Assembly: GCA_963666425.2 (NCBI GenBank)
Contig: OY762825.2
Coordinates: 2,272,001 to 2,336,000, forward strand
Length of the DNA stretch: 64,000 nucleotides
From: Bacillota bacterium
Lineage (GTDB): Bacteria; Bacillota; JAAYKD01
Direction of reading: 5' to 3'
Made by a program: the position numbers and the translations under genes. The notes beneath the pieces are model-generated. The model did not search any database. It was not told where the DNA came from and was given only the letters and a program-made list of their open reading frames with translations. The number at the start of each line of letters is the position of its first letter. The first letter of the stretch is position 1. Below are positions 40,531-49,472 of this stretch, in pieces.

Positions 40531-41319
40531 ATGAAAGACAAAGAAGTAGTGCGGGAATCAATCAGAAAAAGATACGGCAGCATTGCGAAGAATAAACCTG
40601 CGGCTGGCTGCTGCAGCAGCGGCTGCGACTGCAATGGTGCCCCGATGGGTAGGACAGAGGCGTCCTTGCGCTTAGGTTATTCCGAAGAAGATTTGAAGAG
40701 TGTGCCGCTGGATGCCAATCTCGGGCTGGGCTGCGGCAATCCGCTGGCCATCGCCGCATTGAAATCAGGCGAAACGGTGCTCGACTTAGGCAGCGGCGGC
40801 GGTTTCGATTGCTTTTTAGCACGCCGACGGGTTGGCGAGCAAGGTTTCGTCATCGGCGTCGATATGACGCCTGCGATGATCAAACTGGCGCGCAAGAATC
40901 TGCAAAAGAGCGGGTATACCAATGTTGAATTTCGCTTAGGGGAAATTGAGCATTTGCCGGTGGCTGACGCGACGGTCGATCTGATTATTTCCAATTGTGT
41001 GATCAATTTATCCGTAGAAAAAGAACAAGTGTTCAAAGAAGCCTATCGGGTCTTAAAAAAAGGCGGCAGATTATCCATTTCCGATTCGGTTGCTACGGCA
41101 GAATTACCGCAAGAAGCGAAACAGAGTTTAGCCAAAATTATTGGCTGCATTGCCGGTGCTGAGTATATTGAAACCTTGAAAAGCATGATGCAAAGGGCGG
41201 GCTTTACAGACCTGGTATTCACGCCAAGAGACAACAGCAAAGAAATCATCGCTACTTGGATCCCGGGCAGCAAAATCGAAGATTATGTTGCTTCCTATCT
41301 GATTGAAGCAGTCAAATAG
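40531..41319 (+). CDS. arsM: Arsenite S-adenosylmethionine methyltransferase
   Basis: N-terminal GCC, GLGCGNP, LDLGSGGGFD, GVDMT, ISNCVINL, GCIAGA. Confidence 0.93.
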   Translation: MKDKEVVRESIRKRYGSIAKNKPAAGCCSSGCDCNGAPMGRTEASLRLGYSEEDLKSVPLDANLGLGCGNPLAIAALKSGETVLDLGSGGGFDCFLARRRVGEQGFVIGVDMTPAMIKLARKNLQKSGYTNVEFRLGEIEHLPVADATVDLIISNCVINLSVEKEQVFKEAYRVLKKGGRLSISDSVATAELPQEAKQSLAKIIGCIAGAEYIETLKSMMQRAGFTDLVFTPRDNSKEIIATWIPGSKIEDYVASYLIEAVK

Positions 41320-41355
41320 GATTTTCGGCGAAATATCGACAGAGGGAGAAAGGGG

Positions 41356-41643
41356 ATGCAAGCGATGGAAAAAGAATATGCCTTGCTGTTTAAAGCGTTG
41401 GCTGATCAAACCAGACTAGAGATTGTTGACCTGATTTCCTGTGGCGAGTTATGTGCCTGTGAAATTCTGAAGTCGTTTTCCTTCAGCCAATCCACCCTAT
41501 CCTACCATATGAAGCTTTTGACAGACAGTGGTTTGGTCAACGTGCGGCGCGACGGCAAAAAGATGATGTATTGCATCGACCCGGAAAAAGCGCTTGTTCT
41601 GATCGATTTTTGGGAAAATTTTGAAATTAAAGCAGAAAATTAG
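41356..41643 (+). CDS. ArsR/SmtB family regulator 2
   Basis: FKALADQTRLEIV, CGELCAC, SQSTLSYHMK. Confidence 0.88.
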   Translation: MQAMEKEYALLFKALADQTRLEIVDLISCGELCACEILKSFSFSQSTLSYHMKLLTDSGLVNVRRDGKKMMYCIDPEKALVLIDFWENFEIKAEN

Positions 41644-41658
41644 TAACGGAGGATCATT

Positions 41659-42036
41659 ATGGAAAAAGAACGCTATGGTTTTATTATGTGCGTCTGCACA
41701 GGCAAGTGTCCCGGTTTTCGTGCTATGGATATCTGGGATTTTATCAATCAGGTACGGGTGGAATTGCCGGTTGAATATGCTTTTATTCATCCGCAGCTTT
41801 GCGAAGAGGATGGCGATCGCTTTTTAGCCGATTTTCTGCAAGCCAAGCGTAAGGTTGTGATTGCGGCCTGCGCACCCAATATGCAAAAGAAAATGTTCAA
41901 ACAAGCCTTCCTGCAAGCCGGGATGAATATGGAGACGGATTGTGTGATGCTGGATATCCGCGATATGACGAACGACAAAGCTTTTCAAAAGGTGAAAGAT
42001 GCCTTGAGCCAGCTTGGATTTGAGGAGGATCTGTAA
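41659..42036 (+). CDS. Small Cys-rich protein resembling the HdrA N-terminal Fe-S domain
   Basis: CVCTGKCP, HPQLC, VVIAACAP, LDIR. Confidence 0.65.
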   Translation: MEKERYGFIMCVCTGKCPGFRAMDIWDFINQVRVELPVEYAFIHPQLCEEDGDRFLADFLQAKRKVVIAACAPNMQKKMFKQAFLQAGMNMETDCVMLDIRDMTNDKAFQKVKDALSQLGFEEDL

Positions 42037-42037
42037 A

Positions 42038-42331
42038 ATGAGCGAAAGCACATTTATGGGTGTGGAACGCAGTAAAATTGATTGGGCGCCGCGGATTGAC
42101 CCAACCAAATGCAATGACTGTATGGAATGTGATAAATTCTGTCCGCATCAGGTGTTTGCCGTGCGGGAAAATGCCAGCCCGAAACTGGTCGTGCAAAATC
42201 CTGAGAACTGTGTTGTTTTTTGCCGGGCTTGTTCCAAGACCTGTGGACCGGACGCGATCTCTTTTCCCGATAAAAAAGCGACGACAGCCGCCATCAAAGA
42301 ACTGCGCCAGGAGGATGAGAATCATGGCTAA
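42038..42331 (+). CDS. 2x[4Fe-4S] ferredoxin
   Basis: CNDCMECDKFCP and CVVFCRACSKTCG. Confidence 0.88.
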   Translation: MSESTFMGVERSKIDWAPRIDPTKCNDCMECDKFCPHQVFAVRENASPKLVVQNPENCVVFCRACSKTCGPDAISFPDKKATTAAIKELRQEDENHG

Positions 42332-43187
42332 ATCGTTTGCGGTGCTGCCATGCAATGGCTTGGATAAATCTGCCGGGTCACTTGCGAGAGAAGTGGCTCT
42401 GCGGCTTTGTGAAACGGGAGAAAACGAACTGATTTGTCCTGTGTTTTATCGGGTCGCTGAGGCAAAGTACAACAAGCTAACAGAAGAAAAACCACTTTTG
42501 GTGATTGACGGCTGTGCAGTGCGCTGTGCCAGTAAATTGGCGGCGGAAAAAGGTTTAAAAATCAGTGAGAAGATCAGCATCAGTGAAGAAGCAAAAGTCA
42601 ATGGTCTGGAATTACCCGATCATCTGCGCTTAACGGCGGCAGAAATTGAATTTGCCCATCAGCTTGCAGAAAAAATCGGCAGGCAAGCAAGCGGCGCGCA
42701 GCCGGTAGCTGCTGAAGAGGCATTGCAATTCCCTGCTGAGCTGCATTTTCAGACTTATACCAAAGACAAGTTTATCTTTAAAATACCCGATAATGAGGGA
42801 TTCTATTTCAATGAGAATGATGTTTGGGTCTATGTGATTGGTGACAAAGCAAGACTCGGTGTGACTGACTTTGTGCAGCACAGTCTGGCTGATATCATTT
42901 ACTTTACCCCGCCTGTGCTTGGCAGCCATGTGGAGCAATTTGAGGAAGCCGGCAACATCGAATCCGGTAAAGCCGTTTTTGAAATCGTCAGTCCGGTCAG
43001 CGGTGTGGTTACAGCGGTCAACGAGGCGCTGCTGGACGCACCCGAACTGATCAATCAAAGCCCCTACGAAAAAGGCTGGATTCTGGAAATGAACTTAACG
43101 GCATTTTCCGAAGATCAAGACCTGCTGCACCAATTTGCAGGTTACTTTCCGGTATTGAAAAGAAAGGTGGATGAGTTTCATGTCTAA
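42324..43187 (+). CDS. DGC putative zinc-binding domain fused to a glycine-cleavage-H (lipoyl carrier) domain
   Basis: N-terminal PCNG..C..IDGCAVRC; C-terminal NENDVWV, LGVTDFVQHSLADI, IESGKAV (lipoyl Lys), SPVSGVV, INQSPYEKGWI; GAGG RBS before ATG 42324. Confidence 0.85.
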   Translation: MAKSFAVLPCNGLDKSAGSLAREVALRLCETGENELICPVFYRVAEAKYNKLTEEKPLLVIDGCAVRCASKLAAEKGLKISEKISISEEAKVNGLELPDHLRLTAAEIEFAHQLAEKIGRQASGAQPVAAEEALQFPAELHFQTYTKDKFIFKIPDNEGFYFNENDVWVYVIGDKARLGVTDFVQHSLADIIYFTPPVLGSHVEQFEEAGNIESGKAVFEIVSPVSGVVTAVNEALLDAPELINQSPYEKGWILEMNLTAFSEDQDLLHQFAGYFPVLKRKVDEFHV

Positions 43188-43581
43188 AGTAATTGTGGTA
43201 CCCTGCAGCGGGATCGGTAAGGTTTACGGCTTAATGGCAAGAGAAGCTGCCTTGGCTGTCACCGGGCATTTGGCAAAAGCCGACGCCGAAACGGTTTGTT
43301 TGGCGCATATTGTGACCGGAGACGAGGAAGTAAGGGCGAAAGTTTGCGGAAAAAACTGTATTTCAATTGATGGCTGCGCTGCCCTTTGCTCTTTTCATAG
43401 TCTGGAAGCTGCTGGCGGTATCGTGCAAGGCAAATTTCGTTCCGTGGATGAGATGCGAAATCATCGGGGCGCGAATCCCGGCACCGGCAGTGATCTGACG
43501 GAAGAGGGTTGGCAGATTACCGATGAATTGGCAGCCAAAATAGCGGCGCGAGTGGAAGCGATCCAGAAGGAGGCAGAGTAA
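43180..43581 (+). CDS. DGC-domain putative zinc-binding protein
   Basis: VPCSG..G..AREAA, VCL, IDGCAALC. Confidence 0.85.
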   Translation: MSKVIVVPCSGIGKVYGLMAREAALAVTGHLAKADAETVCLAHIVTGDEEVRAKVCGKNCISIDGCAALCSFHSLEAAGGIVQGKFRSVDEMRNHRGANPGTGSDLTEEGWQITDELAAKIAARVEAIQKEAE

Positions 43582-43983
43582 ATGGCGGATAAAGTTGGAG
43601 TTCTTGCCTGCAGCGGAGAAGAATACTTAGGTGGCACTTTAGCCAGGTTAGCGGTTCGTCAAGTGATGAGCAAACTGCGTCCGGGCCGGGTATCGACGCT
43701 TTGTCTGCCTTTGTATATCGCCGGCGGTGAGGAAGAACGTGAATTTGCCAAGAAGTATCCTTGTATTGCAGTAGATGCCTGCAGCAAATCGTGTGCAGAA
43801 CGCGCTACCGTCAAATACAGCGGTGCGGTGAAAGATGTCCTGTTGGTCTCCGATGTGATCGGAACGGAGGCGGCTCTCAGCAAAACTGTTTCCGCTCGGG
43901 ATTTAAAACCGGAACATTATGCGATGATGGAGAAAATCGCCGCCGCAATTGCTTTGAAAGTCGATGCGATTTTAGCAGAATAA
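43582..43983 (+). CDS. DGC-like putative zinc-binding protein (DAC variant)
   Basis: LACSG..G..ARLA, LCL, VDACSKSCA. Confidence 0.8.
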   Translation: MADKVGVLACSGEEYLGGTLARLAVRQVMSKLRPGRVSTLCLPLYIAGGEEEREFAKKYPCIAVDACSKSCAERATVKYSGAVKDVLLVSDVIGTEAALSKTVSARDLKPEHYAMMEKIAAAIALKVDAILAE

Positions 43984-43988
43984 AGAAA

Positions 43989-44035
43989 AAAAGAAGTCTT
44001 GGCAGCATTACAGCTTGGTTGCCAAGGCTTCTTTT
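43989..44035. terminator. Bidirectional terminator ending the ars operon
   Basis: AAAAGAAGTCTTGGCA..TGCCAAGGCTTCTTTT. Confidence 0.8.
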
Positions 44036-44055
44036 GCATATTTGGTTTGATTTGC

Positions 44056-44769
44056 TTAGAATCGAAGCAAGTTGAGATACCATTGGATCAGATTGAGCAA
44101 CTGCGGCCGAAATAAAAGCCAAATCGCTGCTGCCAGACAAATATAAGGTCCTAAAGGACGGCTGTCGCCGATGTGCAGGCGCTTCAGCAGCATCAGAATC
44201 CCAAAAGTCAAACCGGCGAGCAGAAGCGTGGTGAGTAAGATAAACCCGACATCCGGCCAGCCGCAAAAAATAGCCAAAGCAGCCAGCAATTTGACATCCC
44301 CAAACCCAAGAGCTTCCTGATGACGCATAACAGACCAAAGACAGCCAACCAACCAGGGCAGGAGGGCTGCGATGGCGAGCCCGATGCCGGCGGCCCAGAG
44401 GGCAGCGGAGGTGTTGACGATCATCAGACGCAGGATACCTAACACCGCCAGACCGGTGCAGAATTGATCGGGAATGATACTAAAGCGGGCATCGGACAAA
44501 GCAATCATCCAAAGCAGCAGCAAGGCCAGCGTATTCAAAATCGGAAAAGTGATGCCCAAATAGACTTTTGCGATCAGTGCAGCCAGGGTAGCAAGCAGAA
44601 TGCAACTCAGCGGCAGCCAGGGCAGCCTTGGCCAGCGGATGGCTTTTTGCAGAGCCGCATGCGGTTCTTCACCGGTCTCCGCAAACCAGGCGGCCGGCAG
44701 CAGATTCATCAGATGGTAAGCCGCAAAGCCGCAGCCACCGCCCAAAACAGCAAAAATGAACTCCTTCAT
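44056..44769 (-). CDS. A24 prepilin peptidase family protein
   Basis: SDARFSIIPD, GFGDVKL, PLGPYI. Confidence 0.85.
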   Translation of the reverse strand: MKEFIFAVLGGGCGFAAYHLMNLLPAAWFAETGEEPHAALQKAIRWPRLPWLPLSCILLATLAALIAKVYLGITFPILNTLALLLLWMIALSDARFSIIPDQFCTGLAVLGILRLMIVNTSAALWAAGIGLAIAALLPWLVGCLWSVMRHQEALGFGDVKLLAALAIFCGWPDVGFILLTTLLLAGLTFGILMLLKRLHIGDSRPLGPYICLAAAIWLLFRPQLLNLIQWYLNLLRF

Positions 44770-44983
44770 GATTTAATCACCATTTCCTCTTGATCTCTTT
44801 TTTTTAGTATAGCAAAATTTTGTGGCAATGGCAAATTTTTTTGAGTGAGAATGCAATTACGCCGGAAATCTCGGCTGCATTGATAAATTCACGACGGAGA
44901 GTGCAGGTCTTTTCAGCCGCACAGGGAATTAAGGAAGTAAACAAGTTGACATGTTGCTGATGAGGAAAGGTGTGTATAGGAAG

Positions 44984-45214
44984 ATGTCAAGAAATCAATG
45001 GTTTATTTTGACTGTGGTATTTGTTTTCGTGCTTGTGGTTATCAGCAGCCCGGCTGCTGTGGTTGTGGCTGCAGTGAGTGCGGCGGAGAGTGTGGATGGC
45101 GGCAGCGGCGGCTTCCAGGCGATCGTGCAACGCTATTCTGCTTTTGCTCCCTTATTGGTCGGAATTGTGCTGATTGCGCTGCGGCGGAAATTTTTCCCCG
45201 GTAAACACGATTAG
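44984..45214 (+). CDS. Small hypothetical membrane protein
   Basis: Two hydrophobic segments followed by a basic RRK tail. Confidence 0.5.
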   Translation: MSRNQWFILTVVFVFVLVVISSPAAVVVAAVSAAESVDGGSGGFQAIVQRYSAFAPLLVGIVLIALRRKFFPGKHD

Positions 45215-45398
45215 CAGGTAAAATAGACAGAACGCAGCTTGATTCCAGAATACTAGAGGCAATCTACCGGCAGTAGCCTGCAAGAATGACTTGAAGTTTT
45301 GTTTGTTTTATGATAAAATAAAGGCAATACAAATAAAAACGATAGAGTCATTCAGAACAGGAATGAAATCACAGCGATGCAACGAAGGAGCTGGTGGG

Positions 45399-46292
45399 AT
45401 GCCGGTCATTGTACGTGCCAGAGGAAAGATTAATTTTACGTTAGATGTCTTGGGAAGCAGAAGCGATGGTTATCATGAAGTATCGATGGTAATGCAAAGT
45501 ATTTCTCTGTACGATGTTCTCACCTTTCAAGCAGGCGATAAGCTGGAATTGATCTGGGATCCACGGGGATCGCGTCCTCCTGCTTTGGCGTTGGATGAAA
45601 GCAACGATATCCTGCGGGCCGCCCGTTACTTGAAAGAAGTGAGCGGATGTCCGCGGGGCGCTTCGATTTGGTTGGATAAGCGTTTACCGATTGCTTCCGG
45701 CCTGGGCAGCGGATCTGCGGATGGCGCCGCTACTTTAGTTGGTTTGAATCGATTATGGCAGACGGGTTACAGTCAAACGGATTTAATGAAAATGGCAGCG
45801 GACCTTGGTTCGGATATGCCATTTTGTATCATGGGTGGAACAGCGGTCGCCAGTGGCCGCGGCGAGCTTGTAGAACAGCTTCCCTTTGCGGGGACATGGC
45901 ATCTGGCCTTATTTAAACCGCCGCAAAGCATCTCGACGAAATTGGTTTACACCTCATTACAGCAGGATCATTTGCCGGCGCCGGTGACGGAATTATTGGT
46001 CCGCAGCTTACAGGTGGGTGATCAGCGTTCTCTACCGGATTACCTGAGCAATCATTTGGAGAGTGTCACTTTTTCCATGCTGCCGGAATTGCAGCAATTG
46101 AAGGAACGTTTGATGTTTGCCGGAGCTGAAAAAGCTTTGATGAGCGGCAGCGGACCGACCGTTTTTGCCATCACCAAAGACGCTGAATTGGCAGCAAAAT
46201 TAGTGGACGAGTTGACGCCGCCGGGTTGGTGGAGCGGAGTAGCCGAAACTGCCGAGCTGGGCGCCGAAATAGAGGAAGAACCGGAAGAATAG
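45399..46292 (+). CDS. ispE: 4-diphosphocytidyl-2-C-methyl-D-erythritol kinase
   Basis: GKINFTLDV..DGYHEV, KRLPIASGLGSGSADGAA, GSDMPF, MSGSGPTVF. Confidence 0.95.
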   Translation: MPVIVRARGKINFTLDVLGSRSDGYHEVSMVMQSISLYDVLTFQAGDKLELIWDPRGSRPPALALDESNDILRAARYLKEVSGCPRGASIWLDKRLPIASGLGSGSADGAATLVGLNRLWQTGYSQTDLMKMAADLGSDMPFCIMGGTAVASGRGELVEQLPFAGTWHLALFKPPQSISTKLVYTSLQQDHLPAPVTELLVRSLQVGDQRSLPDYLSNHLESVTFSMLPELQQLKERLMFAGAEKALMSGSGPTVFAITKDAELAAKLVDELTPPGWWSGVAETAELGAEIEEEPEE

Positions 46293-46293
46293 C

Positions 46294-46326
46294 GAAAAAG
46301 AGCATCGAGAGATGCTCTTTCTTTTT
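46294..46326 (+). terminator. Intrinsic terminator
   Basis: AAAAAGAGCATC-GAGA-GATGCTCTTT-CTTTTT. Confidence 0.8.
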
Positions 46327-46439
46327 GTTCGGTTGGCAGTTCAGATCAAAACCATCCCAGTGCAGTCACTGGGATCTGCCGCAGTCCAATCGATGGGGCT
46401 AGCAAAATCAAATGAATCGAAGCGGAAAGAAGGTTCCTT

Positions 46440-47615
46440 ATGAAAGAAGAATTATTCCAGCAAATAGATCGGTCCGCCGATCAACTGATTGCGATGGCGA
46501 ATACCATTTTTGATCATCCCGAACTCGGTAATCAAGAAATCCTGGCCAGCACCCTCTTGTGCGATATGCTGCAGCAAAACGGTTTTACGGTTGAGAAAGG
46601 GGTAGGCGGTTTGCCGACCGCGTTTCGGGCCGTTTACCAAAACAAAGAAAACGGTCCCTCAATTGGGTTGCTGTGCGAATATGATGCGCTGGAAGGGTTG
46701 GGTCATGCCTGCGGCCATCATTTGCAGGGTCCCGCCATTCTGGGCTGCGCTGCAGCCATTAAGGAAAAATTAACAGAAATGCCTTACAAATTGGTTGTTT
46801 ACGGCACGCCTGCTGAAGAGACGACCAGCGGGAAAGTGACGATGCTGGCCAATGGTTGTTTTACAGATATTGATGTAGCTTTGATGCTGCATGCCAATCC
46901 CGGCACCACGGTTGACATCCGCTCTATGGCGCTGACGACGTTTACGGTAACGTTTCGTGGTGTCACAGCGCATGCCGCCGTCAAACCGGAAGCGGGCAGA
47001 AGCGCTTTGGATGCACTGCTGCTGGCTTTCCAGGGTATCGAATTTATGCGGGAACATGTGGCGGATGATGTGAGAATGCACTACACCGTAGTGGATGCCG
47101 GCGGGGCAGCCAACAGTGTACCGGCCAAAGCCGTTGGTCATTTTTATCTGCGCAGTTATCACCGCAGTCAATTGGATGATGTCATCCGACGTTTTGAGAA
47201 TGTGATGAAAGGTGCGGCCCTGATGACGGACACTACGGTCGAGATTCAAGCAGAAAAAGCCATTGACAGCAAGATTCCGGTCTATGCTTTGAACGACCTG
47301 ATCATGGCCAACGCCAGGCTGCTGCAGGCGCCGGATCTGTGTCCGCCGCGGGAGAAAACCGGTTCTACCGATTTTGGCAACGTCATGTACCGGGTTCCTG
47401 GCAGCTGCCTGCGCATGGGTTTTGTCAAACAAGGGACAGCTTCGCATTCGCAAGCCTATCTGGATGCGGGCAAAGGCGAAGCAGCTGTTACCGCTGTCCT
47501 GACAGGTGCAAAAATCCTGTCTGCTACGGCGTATGATTTGATTTGCGATGAAGAACTGATCAGCCGGGTCAAGACAGAATTTGCGGCAAATCAACGCGCA
47601 GAGGGAGGTTTTTAG
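46440..47615 (+). CDS. M20 amidohydrolase (Acy1L2-like)
   Basis: HPELGNQE, CEYDAL, HACGHH, GTPAEE, GRSALDA, GSTDFGNV. Confidence 0.88.
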   Translation: MKEELFQQIDRSADQLIAMANTIFDHPELGNQEILASTLLCDMLQQNGFTVEKGVGGLPTAFRAVYQNKENGPSIGLLCEYDALEGLGHACGHHLQGPAILGCAAAIKEKLTEMPYKLVVYGTPAEETTSGKVTMLANGCFTDIDVALMLHANPGTTVDIRSMALTTFTVTFRGVTAHAAVKPEAGRSALDALLLAFQGIEFMREHVADDVRMHYTVVDAGGAANSVPAKAVGHFYLRSYHRSQLDDVIRRFENVMKGAALMTDTTVEIQAEKAIDSKIPVYALNDLIMANARLLQAPDLCPPREKTGSTDFGNVMYRVPGSCLRMGFVKQGTASHSQAYLDAGKGEAAVTAVLTGAKILSATAYDLICDEELISRVKTEFAANQRAEGGF

Positions 47616-47658
47616 CAACGGGATTGAGAAATCTTCTCTGCCGAAAGGCTTTCTTTCC

Positions 47659-47706
47659 TTGACTTTACGGACATTTCAGTTATAATCTAAGTTGAATGTT
47701 CGTAAT
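47659..47706 (+). promoter_or_regulatory. purR promoter with overlapping paired PurBoxes
   Basis: TTGACT-16-TATAAT; TTACGGAC-N25-GTTCGTAA. Confidence 0.65.
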
Positions 47707-47762
47707 CTAAACTATTCCATTGCTGCTGTCATCAACGGAGGATGGAAAGAAAGAGGGAGTCT

Positions 47763-48602
47763 ATGGAGCGGATTCGCAGGAACGATCGTATCGTTGCCAT
47801 CACCAAATATCTTATCGATCATCCCAGTCAATTGATCCCCCTCACGCAATTTACACAAACCTTGAATTCTGCCAAGTCCAGCATCAGCGAAGATCTGGCT
47901 ATTATCAAAGAAGCGTTCACCCAGTTGAATATGGGACGCATTGAAACGCAGACAGGAGCGACCGGCGGCGTGATTTATACGCCGGTGTTTACCTTTCAGG
48001 AGTCAATCAGTTTAGCAAAAACCCTCTGTACGATGATTAATGCGCCGGAACGCATCCTGCCCGGCGGGTTTCTATATTTGACTGATCTGATTGGCGATCC
48101 GGCTTTGATGCAGCAGATCGGCTTGTTTTTTGCGCAGCATTTTCGTCATTTGAAACCGGATCTGATTGCTACGGTCGAGACCAAAGGCATTCCCATTGGC
48201 TTGATGACCGCCCGGCAGTTGAATGTGCCGTTGGCGATCGTGCGCAGTGACAGCCGGATCAGCGAAGGCACCAGCATTGGCATCAGTTATATTTCCAACA
48301 GTCAGAAGCGGCTGGCTACCATGTCTCTGCCGCGGCGGGCTGTTAAACCGGGCGCAAAAGTTTTATTTCTGGATGATTTTCTGCGCGGCGGCGGTACTGC
48401 CAAAGGTATCCTGGACTTAATGCTGGAGTTTCAGGCGGAGTGCGTGGGCATGGGCTTCCTGGTCAGCGCAGGCGACAGTCAAAAATCAGTGCATGAATTC
48501 ACTTCGCTCTTAATTCTGGAAAATGTAGATTCCGAGCGCAAACAATTAGTGATTCGGCCCGGTGAATGGGCCGAAAAACAGCCAAACGATTTGTTTAATT
48601 GA
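47763..48602 (+). CDS. purR: Pur operon repressor (Bacillota type)
   Basis: AKSSISEDL, TGATGGV, RILPGGFLYLTD, TVETKGIP, LDDFLRGGGT. Confidence 0.95.
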   Translation: MERIRRNDRIVAITKYLIDHPSQLIPLTQFTQTLNSAKSSISEDLAIIKEAFTQLNMGRIETQTGATGGVIYTPVFTFQESISLAKTLCTMINAPERILPGGFLYLTDLIGDPALMQQIGLFFAQHFRHLKPDLIATVETKGIPIGLMTARQLNVPLAIVRSDSRISEGTSIGISYISNSQKRLATMSLPRRAVKPGAKVLFLDDFLRGGGTAKGILDLMLEFQAECVGMGFLVSAGDSQKSVHEFTSLLILENVDSERKQLVIRPGEWAEKQPNDLFN

Positions 48603-48631
48603 AAACTACCAAGAACTCTTGAAACAAAAAG

Positions 48632-48660
48632 TTGCTTTTTCTGTCAGAGTACGATATAAT
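48632..48660 (+). promoter_or_regulatory. Sigma-A promoter of rplY
   Basis: TTGCTT-17-TATAAT. Confidence 0.65.
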
Positions 48661-48786
48661 TTTCCAGTCATGGGTGCATTTGCATTCAGTGCTTTGGTAA
48701 TTTGAATTCACACGCTAGAATGCCGGACGGCAAGTCTGCGCTTGCCAAAGACATTAAAAAAAAACTCGTGAAAACGAAAGGGGTTT

Positions 48787-49434
48787 ATGATCATGGAAAG
48801 ACCGATTTTACAAGCGGAAATCAGAAAAGAACTCGGCAAGAATCATATTAAAGCCGTACGCAAAGCAGGCAAGATTCCTGCTATCGTTTATGGTGCAGAA
48901 GTTGCCAATGGTTCCATGGATGTCTCTTTGGACAACGCGGAATTCGATAGAGCAATCGCCAAGTATTCTGCCAATGGTTTATTTGATCTGGAAATCAACG
49001 GAGAAAAAAAGACGGTCTACGTCGCGGAAATTCAAAAACATCCCGTTCGCCGTACCTATACCCATGTTGATCTGCATCAGATTGAGATGAATGTAGTGCA
49101 GAGCTTTAAGATGCCGATTTCCTTTATCGGCAGCCCGGTTGGTGTTAAAAACGGCGGCATCTTTGAAATTCAAATCCATCAAATCGAAATTTCCTGCCTG
49201 CCTGCCGCCTTGCCGGATCGCATCGAAGTTGACATCACGAATCTCGGTATCAACGAAGTGGTTTATGCCAAAGACATCGTCCTGCCGGCCGATGTAACGC
49301 TGGACAACGACGAGATGATGGTGCTCGCGATTGTAAGTTCAATGGCCGAAGAAGCAGCTGCCGTCGAAACCGAAGCGACTGCCGAGCCGGAAATGATCAA
49401 GGAAAAGAAGACAGAAGAGAAGAAGCCTGAATAG
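48787..49434 (+). CDS. rplY: 50S ribosomal protein L25/Ctc
   Basis: RKAGKIPAIVYG, QKHPV..HVDL, GVKNGG, LPDRIEVDI. Confidence 0.95.
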   Translation: MIMERPILQAEIRKELGKNHIKAVRKAGKIPAIVYGAEVANGSMDVSLDNAEFDRAIAKYSANGLFDLEINGEKKTVYVAEIQKHPVRRTYTHVDLHQIEMNVVQSFKMPISFIGSPVGVKNGGIFEIQIHQIEISCLPAALPDRIEVDITNLGINEVVYAKDIVLPADVTLDNDEMMVLAIVSSMAEEAAAVETEATAEPEMIKEKKTEEKKPE

Positions 49435-49472
49435 TGATCGGTTCGAAATAAGACGCAAAGGAACAATATGGT

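Noticed and set aside
42038-42331. HgcB mercury-methylation ferredoxin (ArsR/ArsM context)
   Set aside because: Lacks the CMECGAC motif and C-terminal Cys pair; no hgcA in the window
41659-43983. Selenocysteine read-through in the Cys-rich ars-linked proteins
   Set aside because: All these ORFs end in TAA and no in-frame TGA sits at a Cys motif position
46335-46380. Hairpin ATCCCAGTG/CACTGGGAT upstream of the second M20 gene
   Set aside because: A single stem with no other support; cannot assign a function
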